64,000 bases of DNA, from IMG/VR virus record IMGVR_UViG_3300044844_000428, one strand, 5' to 3'. Below the pieces are notes generated by a model. That model searched no databases, was not told where the DNA came from, and saw nothing but the letters and a program-made list of their open reading frames with translations. The translations under genes and the position numbers were made by a program. Below are positions 56,089 through 64,000 of this stretch, piece after piece. Origin of the DNA: a virus. Every line of letters begins with the position of its first letter. The first letter of the stretch is position 1.

Positions 56089-56490
56089 TTATACGATTTC
56101 GTCTAATTCTTCATGAGTAGTTGCCGATGAAATTGCTTCCAGTTTGGCAATCATATCTAATCTTGTTTGTTCTACTACTACAGCATCATAAATCTCAGAA
56201 TTATCTGCAATTTCATTGTGTGCTTGTTGATTTGCAGTCTGTAAAAATAAACTTCTTGCTTTGTTTTTTTCATTAGATTTTCTTTCATCCAATGACGCTT
56301 CTATAATAGAATATGAAACTTGTATTGGTGTTTTCGATAAATCGTATTGAGGAATTGCCAACTGTTTTGTAGTAAGTGTAGGTTCTTTTTCAGTTAAAAC
56401 TGCATCTCTCCAAGTAGAATCTAGTTCTTGCGGAAGTTTCCATAAGTTAATTGAACCATCATCGTTTATTCTTACTTTAACTATATTCAT
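56089..56490 (-). CDS. Tail-fibre assembly-like protein
   Basis: ATG at 56490 after GGAG; ends I..ATT.EEL..I. Confidence 0.55.
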   Translation of the reverse strand: MNIVKVRINDDGSINLWKLPQELDSTWRDAVLTEKEPTLTTKQLAIPQYDLSKTPIQVSYSIIEASLDERKSNEKNKARSLFLQTANQQAHNEIADNSEIYDAVVVEQTRLDMIAKLEAISSATTHEELDEIV

Positions 56491-56501
56491 TTTATTCTCC
56501 T

Positions 56502-57254
56502 TTAAATGTAATTGATTTCTGTTGTTTTCTTCTTGTGGATCCATTTTCTGTAGAATCCAGGTGCCGTAGTTCTATAGGTAAAATCTGCTTTGCCACTTTC
56601 TTGTTGTGTTATATATCCAACATCTGCTGTAATATTTTCTCTTTTATATGGTATAACATGAAGTAACGGCGTACCGGCGTAAATCTTAACGTGCATTTTT
56701 CTCAAAGGAGAAAACATTACATTTATAGTATGATAAGCGTCATAATCATTTATACCAGGATACAAAAATAAATCTCTCAAGAAAGGAGAATGAAATAATG
56801 CTGGCATAACAAAGGCAGAATATCCTGGTTTAGTAAAAACTTTCCATGGACATGGCAGTTTAAGAGCATGATGATTGATATCGTCATCTATATTAGCTGA
56901 ACCTGCAACTACTCTATAATCCATTCTTTGAAATGGTTTGCAAGGAAATTGTGGTCCATTACCTATAATTATATCCGCTTTTTCTTCATCTACAATGATT
57001 TCAAAATCTTCCCAAGCAGGAATAATATATCCAGTTCTGTAATAATCGTGCATTCCAGGACACGCAGAGAACTTATGAGTTCCATTTTTCTCAGCATCCT
57101 TTAACTGTTTAGTTAACCAATCCGGTTTAATATCCATTGCTCGTTTTACTGGTTGACCAACCTCATATCCAGGAACGTCACACTTGAATTTTATCATAGG
57201 AGATGTGTCTATAGAATTCAAAATTGCATTTTTAACATTAGATAATATAGACAT
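56502..57254 (-). CDS. DUF6065-like protein, paralog 1
   Basis: CPG..D....GYIIP, PW...T.PGYS, GTPL..VIP.KR. Confidence 0.7.
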   Translation of the reverse strand: MSILSNVKNAILNSIDTSPMIKFKCDVPGYEVGQPVKRAMDIKPDWLTKQLKDAEKNGTHKFSACPGMHDYYRTGYIIPAWEDFEIIVDEEKADIIIGNGPQFPCKPFQRMDYRVVAGSANIDDDINHHALKLPCPWKVFTKPGYSAFVMPALFHSPFLRDLFLYPGINDYDAYHTINVMFSPLRKMHVKIYAGTPLLHVIPYKRENITADVGYITQQESGKADFTYRTTAPGFYRKWIHKKKTTEINYI

Positions 57255-57973
57255 TATTTTTTCACTCTTAGATTGTTAACATAATAACTGTTTTGGTTGT
57301 CTTGTCTAGCTCTTGTTATTTCTCTTTTCTTCCATTCCTTATCGTTAAACGGTCTCACTGAAAATTTTGATATAGTATTTTCTCGTTTGAATGGGATGCA
57401 TTGAATTATAGGAGTTCCTGCTGGTAAAATCTCGTCGAAATTATTTGCCAACCATACTGATGGAAAATTTATTTCTCTATCATAAACATCAGTATCTACT
57501 ACCGCACCCAATGTCAAAAATCTTGTTTCTAGATGATTTATGGGAGCCACAAATAGACACGAATATCCAGGCGGAGTCTTAATAACAAAATGATTTAAAA
57601 ACTTTACCAAGTGTTTGCCTGGAAAAGGAAATACTGGTCCAACTTGTTCCTTTGAATGTTCTTCTGTCAATTTAACATAAGGATTTTCTGTTATATCAAT
57701 AAGTGATGCGTCTTCATTAGTTCTAATATGAATATCGCCAGCAAGAGGTATAATAAAGCCATTAGTCATTCCGTCTATCATAGGAAGACATTTCTTGGCT
57801 GACATAGCAGGACATCCTTTGTGGTCCCTAGTATTTTTACTATATGCCGGAATTGATTTATACCAATCTGGTATAAATTTACCAGCTGGTGCTGGAGGTA
57901 TTAGAACATTGGCATGTTGTTCGGTTGTTAGAAATTCAATCAAAGGCGTTTTGAAAATTGATATCAAAGACAT
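57254..57973 (-). CDS. DUF6065-like protein, paralog 2
   Basis: PDWYK, K.C.P..D....GFIIP, KTPPGYSCLF, VDTD, GTPI.Q.IPFKR. Confidence 0.7.
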   Translation of the reverse strand: MSLISIFKTPLIEFLTTEQHANVLIPPAPAGKFIPDWYKSIPAYSKNTRDHKGCPAMSAKKCLPMIDGMTNGFIIPLAGDIHIRTNEDASLIDITENPYVKLTEEHSKEQVGPVFPFPGKHLVKFLNHFVIKTPPGYSCLFVAPINHLETRFLTLGAVVDTDVYDREINFPSVWLANNFDEILPAGTPIIQCIPFKRENTISKFSVRPFNDKEWKKREITRARQDNQNSYYVNNLRVKK

Positions 57974-57989
57974 AATATAATCCAGTTAA

Positions 57990-58592
57990 TTATTTAAATT
58001 TTGGACCAAGTACCCAGCACACTAGACTTTTACGCTTTCCAGATGTTACTTCAGTTACTTGATGTGGTACAAAGGCTGGGAAAACTAAAACATCACCCTT
58101 TTTAACCTTTGTACTATGTATCTGTTCTGGATTTCCGCCAGGAATAAGTTGAAATTCTCCACCAGTATATTCAGTCTCTGGATCAGAGAGTATTACTGAA
58201 ATTCCTAATTTTCTATGATTAGGTCCATAAGTATCTTTTGAATCACCATCAATGTGCCATCCATAGAATCCACCTTCGGTGTATGTGGTATATTGGAAAG
58301 CATCAATATGAGACAAGTCAAATTGGAATTTATCGCTGTTGATTTTAGCAATAATTTCTGCCATTTTATTGAATAACCAAACTGTATTTTCTGCTGGATG
58401 TATCCAAGATACTTTGCTCTGTCTTATCTTAGAATCTACATCTCCACCTTCTTTAGAACTACCAACTTTAGCTTGTTGGAATTCTAAATTATCGCCAATT
58501 TTTATAATTTCTTCAATGTCTCGTTCAGAAAAAGCTCCAGACCAGCAAACGATTGGTTCTAATGCAGAATGAATATCAGGTATTGTAAACAT
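57990..58592 (-). CDS. 2OG-Fe(II) oxygenase (prolyl-hydroxylase/PKHD-like)
   Basis: Y.WHID, RKL, Y.GGEF, VFP...PH.V..VT.G.R.SLV.W. Confidence 0.93.
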   Translation of the reverse strand: MFTIPDIHSALEPIVCWSGAFSERDIEEIIKIGDNLEFQQAKVGSSKEGGDVDSKIRQSKVSWIHPAENTVWLFNKMAEIIAKINSDKFQFDLSHIDAFQYTTYTEGGFYGWHIDGDSKDTYGPNHRKLGISVILSDPETEYTGGEFQLIPGGNPEQIHSTKVKKGDVLVFPAFVPHQVTEVTSGKRKSLVCWVLGPKFK

Positions 58593-58606
58593 AATAAAGT
58601 CTCATA

Positions 58607-59362
58607 TTATAAAGTAAATGTTATAGTAACGTATCCGCCAGAAGGCACGGTTACGGAATAAGGGGTTCCGTAATTAGGAATAGAAGTAGCTCTTGTTGAT
58701 GGAACTACAGAAGCGGCTCCACCATATCCACCAGGCAAAGAAATTCCTAATATATTTGTGGCGGTTCCTGTATTAGTTGTTGGTGAATTTGTTCCTGCAT
58801 AAGGATATGACGTAGGATTAGTTCCTGTGTTCCCAGGAACGTATGTATTATAACTATATGAAGTGCCAGGAACGGTATAATAGTTGGTACCGGAATTATA
58901 AATTGCTGGTTGATTACCTGAACTCGGGTAGAAATCATTGGTATAATAAGTAAAGCTCCAGGCTGGTTCATAATTAGAATAAGGACTAAATCCAGATGCT
59001 CCAGTAAAGGAATAATATGCGGTCCAATTGCGATAGTGATATACTAATTTAGTCGTGGAATTCCAATTTTCTCCAAAAGTGCCCGCAGTAACAGTATATG
59101 TAAAATTACCTTGAACCGGATAGGATGGACTATTCGTTCCGTTTGTGGAGTAAGAATACGAGTTATCGAAGTAATTTCCTGGTACAACATTATAATATGG
59201 AGTTCCTGCAGCATAACTGCCATCACCACCTTTTCCTGATACATAAACTTTCTGTTTTCCATATCTAGGATTATACGTACCAGAAGAATTAAAAGTTACT
59301 GTACTAATGTCTTTAGTATTAGTAGTTTCTTTGAATAGTGCTTTAACTAATTTCGAAAACAT
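58607..59362 (-). CDS. Tyr/Asn/Pro/Gly-rich putative tail-tip protein
   Basis: Gly-rich framework at both ends with long aromatic insert. Confidence 0.6.
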   Translation of the reverse strand: MFSKLVKALFKETTNTKDISTVTFNSSGTYNPRYGKQKVYVSGKGGDGSYAAGTPYYNVVPGNYFDNSYSYSTNGTNSPSYPVQGNFTYTVTAGTFGENWNSTTKLVYHYRNWTAYYSFTGASGFSPYSNYEPAWSFTYYTNDFYPSSGNQPAIYNSGTNYYTVPGTSYSYNTYVPGNTGTNPTSYPYAGTNSPTTNTGTATNILGISLPGGYGGAASVVPSTRATSIPNYGTPYSVTVPSGGYVTITFTL

Positions 59363-59373
59363 TTAATTCTCCA

Positions 59374-60837
59374 TTAAGCATTTCTGACATCAGCCATTGA
59401 TAAACTACCAACAAGTGAACTTCCCGCATCATAAGTAAAGAATGTCCAAATGTCAATTGCATTTGCAGTTACTGTACTGGGCGGAATAATATTTCCAGTC
59501 CATTTAGGTAATAATGCTGAACCATGTCTCCATGCAACTGAAGTAGTATTAGTCAATGCTGTTACATGAGATAAAATTACCGAGAATGAGAATATAGTTC
59601 CTGATGTAGCTTTACTTGCTAAATTCGTAAATGTGATAGTAGCAGAAGTTGTTCCAGTTGGTAAAGGAATAATAATAGTTGATGAACTGACAGTAGAAAA
59701 ATCAACTGCAATAGTAGCAGCAGTTCCAGAAATGCCTGTTACCGTGTATGTATTATCGACCAAGGGAATGGAAGACCAAGTAGCAGTTGATCCATCGGTT
59801 GTTAGAAATTTGCCACCAGCCCCAGATTGGCTTGGTAATGAAATTGGTATAGTTCCCCAAGAAGCAGTAGTTCCGTCTGTTGTTAGGAATTTACCATTAT
59901 TGCTGGTTTGTGACGGTAATGTAATAGGAGCAGCAGCAGATACCCAAGTTGTACCATTGCTTGTTAGGATATTACCATTTGTTCCTGGAGCTACTACTTG
60001 TAATGCATTAGTACCATTACCTAATAAAACATTATTAGCAGTTAATGAGGTCGAACCTGTACCACCACTGGCAATCGGTAAAGCATTACCTAAACTTAAT
60101 GTTGGAATCGTTACTGTATAAGCACCGGATAAAGTCAAGTTGCCATTCAGAGTCCAACTTTGAACACCAGCAGAATAGATACCACCTCTATTCAAGTACA
60201 ATGAGTAGTTTGAAGCACCACCAGTAGCATCGCCATATAGACCAATATTCATACCACCAGAATGGGTATCGTTAGCATAACCACGAACACCAATAGCAGA
60301 ACCAGTGTCGCCAGTTGCTGATACATGACCTTCACCAACTACACCGCCGGATCTTGCTGCTCCAGCCGCATAACCTTTACCATAAACACCAACACCAATA
60401 TTACTAAATGTTCCAGTGCCAGATACTGTTCCAGTATTAGCAAGAGATACAGTTATTGTAGTACTGACGATATTAGTAACAGTAGCGTTAGGAGCAATGC
60501 CAGTGCCAGTTATTAATTGCCCGATTAAAATACCAGTTGCAGAACCTACAGTAATAGATGTAGCGCCAGAAGTACCACTAATAGTAGTAGTTAAAGAACT
60601 TCCTGTTCCTTCAGATATTAAACCTGCATTATGAGGTTCATTTTGTTGGATACCAGAAGCAGTATTACTAATAACAGTTAAGGCATTAGGAAACCGAGTG
60701 TTGTTGGCTCCTGTTCCAAGATATAAAGAAGTACCGCCAGTTTTATCTAGTTTGCCTGAATCGAGTGTAGTAAAGTTGCCATCCACTTCAGTGATGGTTA
60801 AAGGCGAACCTTTAACGCTTCTTAGAACGATTGCCAT
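59374..60837 (-). CDS. Tail fibre protein (KGSPLT anchor)
   Basis: GGTG and LPSQ..GKFLTTDG repeats; adaptor C-terminus. Confidence 0.8.
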   Translation of the reverse strand: MAIVLRSVKGSPLTITEVDGNFTTLDSGKLDKTGGTSLYLGTGANNTRFPNALTVISNTASGIQQNEPHNAGLISEGTGSSLTTTISGTSGATSITVGSATGILIGQLITGTGIAPNATVTNIVSTTITVSLANTGTVSGTGTFSNIGVGVYGKGYAAGAARSGGVVGEGHVSATGDTGSAIGVRGYANDTHSGGMNIGLYGDATGGASNYSLYLNRGGIYSAGVQSWTLNGNLTLSGAYTVTIPTLSLGNALPIASGGTGSTSLTANNVLLGNGTNALQVVAPGTNGNILTSNGTTWVSAAAPITLPSQTSNNGKFLTTDGTTASWGTIPISLPSQSGAGGKFLTTDGSTATWSSIPLVDNTYTVTGISGTAATIAVDFSTVSSSTIIIPLPTGTTSATITFTNLASKATSGTIFSFSVILSHVTALTNTTSVAWRHGSALLPKWTGNIIPPSTVTANAIDIWTFFTYDAGSSLVGSLSMADVRNA

Positions 60838-60861
60838 TGAATTTCCTTATTTGCGTTTTGA

Positions 60862-61083
60862 TTATATCTTATTTATTAACAGTTGAAGCATCTGTTTGAT
60901 ATCAGACATCTCATTTTTCAAGACCGAGATGTCCTCGGCATTCTTCATAACCATTCTAGCAGCATCCCTTTTGGATTGATGTTCACGCAATTTACTATTA
61001 TTAACTGTCAATAGTGCTTTAGAGTGAACATCTCGTACTAGGTCTTTAGTATCATCTAGTTCCATCAAATCCATTTTAATCAT
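60862..61083 (-). CDS. Small coiled-coil virion protein
   Basis: LVRD..S.A, LK.E...IK..L. Confidence 0.7.
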   Translation of the reverse strand: MIKMDLMELDDTKDLVRDVHSKALLTVNNSKLREHQSKRDAARMVMKNAEDISVLKNEMSDIKQMLQLLINKI

Positions 61084-64000
61084 CCAGTGCCATTACTCTC
61101 AAATCTCTAATTTTAGGAACCACAACTGTGTTGGCTGATAACATAACAATCTTAATTGAGAACTGATTGAATCTTTGTTTATTTGGTAATGCATATCTTA
61201 CACCAGGAAGAATATTGTCACCATAATCACATATAAATTTATGTTCAACAAAAGAACCAGCATAATTGGCATCACGTTCCGAAAGAACCATTTCGTGATA
61301 TGGAGATTCTTCAAGTGTAGTATTACCATCAACGAATGCAGCTTTGTAGTAAACTTTAACAGTAGAACCAATAGGAGTATAAGCATTAAATCTTACTACA
61401 ATATCAGTCGATTCGAACCCATCAGCAAGAACTACCTTTCTTGTCATGTATCTTGATAATGCAGTACCCCCAGCAGGAAGAAGTTCAGTGTCACCATTGT
61501 TAGTTTCACCCACGTATCTTAATAATGCCGTTCCATTCAATATATCACCACCAACAAATACTGGTGCGGCAGTTGATGTAGTTCCTGAAGTAATAACAAG
61601 ATACATTCTATAAGTTGTTCCAACAAGAACTTTTATATAATCGCCAGAAGTAACATCAGTATTGGCAACAAAATCTGGAGCAATAGTATCAGCATTAATT
61701 AAGTTTCTAACCAAAACATTTGATAATCTAGTGATATCAATAATTGGTGATAGTTTAGAATCATTGGTACTCAATTCAATTTTAGAGTAGATATCCTTAA
61801 CATTAGAATCTAATACCTTTCTTGATTCCATTTCGTAGTTTGAACCTATCATAATTTCTTTGAAATCTGTATCAAGAACACCTGATGAATTGGTACCTTT
61901 ATAGTAATGTTTTGCTTCAGAATTCTTAAATAATACATTCTCACCTTGAGCAAAATATACATCATAAGGTACTTCTGTATCTTGCCATCTTGTTGCTGTT
62001 GCTATAAACTGCAATGAAATTGTACCATTAGTAACAGTACCGGTAGTATGAGTTGGGGCACTAGCTCCAGAAGTCCCTGAGTTCATGACTTGATAAACTC
62101 TATCAGTATTAGTCGATGACTGTACTCTAATATAATCATTAATATTATAATGAGTAACTGCTTGGAACGTATTATAAGCTAAAGAATAGTTATTAACTGG
62201 TTTATCCGATTTGAATGCAACTGTTCCAGAAGCACTAAAATCTGCACGGTTAATCACAAAACACATATCTTGGTATGGAGATGGCAACCAAGTCTGACTG
62301 TTAGAACTCTTGAATAAGTCACCAGTATAAGGAATTTCAGCAATTCTGGAATCCAAATCACTTAATCTAAATCCACCAACCGTAGAAGTAAAGATCGAGT
62401 AATCTTTTGATGCTGATATAACAACAATGGCATAAGTTCCTGGAGTCAAATAGATTGGAGAATCAAATTTGAACTTTGTATAAGAACTGCTATCAGTAGC
62501 ATTAGGATAAGATGTAAGATTAACTGAATCTGGAGTTAGACTTGAAATTGCAAACGGTACGATTTCAGATGAACTTGGAAATCCATTTATTACAGGTCTA
62601 ATCTGAACAGTAATATCTTCTGTTGTCGATTTCTGTTTGAAGAATAAGTCTACAGAAGAAACAAAGTAACCGTCAGGATGATTAGATGAATCTATAAAGA
62701 ATGTTTGCGCCAATGGATCATTCTGAACAATACTAGATTTAATAAAAGAAGTCATATAGATTTTTAAATCATTTGGTAATACGTCATCATTAGTATAACC
62801 TATGAGCATATCCCAGCTTGAAAGAAATCCACCACCTGCATTAGTTGTTGTATTAAAAATATAATCTCTAATAACTTCTACTACATTTTCTTTGTATCTG
62901 GCAGCTATATCTTTCCAATTAGATAATTTTTTAAATTTAGACTGTGTTATAGAACCAACTAAACCAGTTTCTACATTCCAATCCCATGTAGGTTTCCAAT
63001 AGGTAAATGGCCATGTGAAAGTGATGTCGTATGTAAGATTTCCACCTGCAGGTATAGTAACAGGAAATCCAGAATAAGATGTTTTAATTTTATTGATGTC
63101 AGTTACTATAAGATTTGAAACAACTGCACTAGAACTAACAATGCTACTCCCATAAGGAGTTATAGTTATCGATGTTACATTGCCAGAATCAGTACCTGAA
63201 TTTCTAGTAATATAGGTTAATTTTTTTGTTCCTGCTGGAATTGCTATAAATCCACTAGTATCACCATATACAGTTTTTCCAGCAGCATTTTTATATTTCC
63301 AATTATCATGAACAAAAGTACCGTTTAAAACTAAACTTTCCCAACCGCCCTCATTAAAATGCTCCCAGCCAGTAATACCGTCCATAGAAACCGGTGAGAA
63401 ATAATCGCCGTCTCCAGTAATATTAGACGTTTTAAAGTTTGCTTTTCCTGCAATCGGAGTTACTGATGCTGGTAATACTTGATTCCATTCAAATGGTCCA
63501 TTTGCAGTTATTTTCAATAATGCAGTGGTAGGATTTGCTTTGGTTTTATTGAATCTATACTTTAATGGATTAGTAGATGATACACTTTGAGATATAGTGG
63601 CAAAAGTTGCCCCTGTAAATTTCTGAGATAACCAGAATTTATTATCTATTGGTCTATCTGAAGTCGAGACAAAACATGGTTTATCAATCGTTCCTCCAGT
63701 ACCAGCAACTGGTACTTTATTACCATCCCAGAACAATTGAGCAGAAATGCTTTTTCCAGTCATATCAGTAGTAATATCAAATCCGCATTCGCCAGTAGCT
63801 GTAGTAAAATCAAGAATATAATCGTAAGTATCACTACCAGCCCAATGACGATATCCAGAAGTAGCAACTGCTTGTACAGATGGCACTACAGATGGTGATA
63901 CGGTAGTAAAATCATAAGTCGTCGTTCCTACCCAGAATACTGGCGAACCTGCAGTATCTTTTATAGCAGTACCAGGGATGTCCAAATAATAATTAGTAGA
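61076..64000 (-). CDS. Large baseplate-associated structural protein (DUF4815/VrlC-like), 5'-truncated by window
   Basis: DPLAQTF, SVDLFF, T.F.F.SPIYL, LFKS.N..TW, SPIID, F..F.IKIVM, P.I.DLR..AL; frame open to window end. Confidence 0.85.
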   Translation of the reverse strand, partial: STNYYLDIPGTAIKDTAGSPVFWVGTTTYDFTTVSPSVVPSVQAVATSGYRHWAGSDTYDYILDFTTATGECGFDITTDMTGKSISAQLFWDGNKVPVAGTGGTIDKPCFVSTSDRPIDNKFWLSQKFTGATFATISQSVSSTNPLKYRFNKTKANPTTALLKITANGPFEWNQVLPASVTPIAGKANFKTSNITGDGDYFSPVSMDGITGWEHFNEGGWESLVLNGTFVHDNWKYKNAAGKTVYGDTSGFIAIPAGTKKLTYITRNSGTDSGNVTSITITPYGSSIVSSSAVVSNLIVTDINKIKTSYSGFPVTIPAGGNLTYDITFTWPFTYWKPTWDWNVETGLVGSITQSKFKKLSNWKDIAARYKENVVEVIRDYIFNTTTNAGGGFLSSWDMLIGYTNDDVLPNDLKIYMTSFIKSSIVQNDPLAQTFFIDSSNHPDGYFVSSVDLFFKQKSTTEDITVQIRPVINGFPSSSEIVPFAISSLTPDSVNLTSYPNATDSSSYTKFKFDSPIYLTPGTYAIVVISASKDYSIFTSTVGGFRLSDLDSRIAEIPYTGDLFKSSNSQTWLPSPYQDMCFVINRADFSASGTVAFKSDKPVNNYSLAYNTFQAVTHYNINDYIRVQSSTNTDRVYQVMNSGTSGASAPTHTTGTVTNGTISLQFIATATRWQDTEVPYDVYFAQGENVLFKNSEAKHYYKGTNSSGVLDTDFKEIMIGSNYEMESRKVLDSNVKDIYSKIELSTNDSKLSPIIDITRLSNVLVRNLINADTIAPDFVANTDVTSGDYIKVLVGTTYRMYLVITSGTTSTAAPVFVGGDILNGTALLRYVGETNNGDTELLPAGGTALSRYMTRKVVLADGFESTDIVVRFNAYTPIGSTVKVYYKAAFVDGNTTLEESPYHEMVLSERDANYAGSFVEHKFICDYGDNILPGVRYALPNKQRFNQFSIKIVMLSANTVVVPKIRDLRVMALDD

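Noticed and set aside
1161-61456. Numerous short + strand or nested ORFs (e.g. 4279, 12806, 19990, 54903, 59633)
   Set aside because: Antisense shadows of well-supported - strand genes
1-64000. Alternative genetic code
   Set aside because: Core genes are full length with TAA, TAG and TGA all used as stops; no suppressor tRNA

Overview
A 64-kb segment of an AT-rich T4-like (contractile-tailed, Tevenvirinae/Kyanoviridae-style gene order) bacteriophage genome, almost entirely encoded on the - strand, standard genetic code. Reading right to left (transcription direction): a truncated DUF4815/VrlC-like virion protein; three tail-fibre/tip modules (a Tyr/Pro/Gly-rich tip protein with a 2OG-Fe(II) oxygenase and two DUF6065-like paralogs, a class 3 lipase, FN3-LamG and 7x LamG lectin-fold proteins); neck/tail genes 13-14-15; a ~450-bp highly structured non-coding locus with its own + strand promoter sitting where the small terminase gene 16 normally lies; a large terminase gene 17 fractured by an atypically split intein with a free-standing endonuclease between the halves; genes 18-19-20-67-21-22-23; a Hef-like endonuclease; 3, uvsY, uvsW, 55, a GIY-YIG endonuclease, 47, 46; a six-tRNA cluster with two extra structured RNAs; the replication module 45-44-62-regA-hsp20-dexA-43-uvsX-41; and a cluster of putative internal head proteins with T4-type capsid-targeting sequences plus Dps. 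The best novelty candidates are the pseudoknotted ncRNA/hairpin locus replacing gene 16, the Walker-A split intein, inward-facing G/T-skewed flanks around variable LamG cassettes, and the tail-tip/oxygenase module. All family assignments are from motif recognition by eye; no searches were run.
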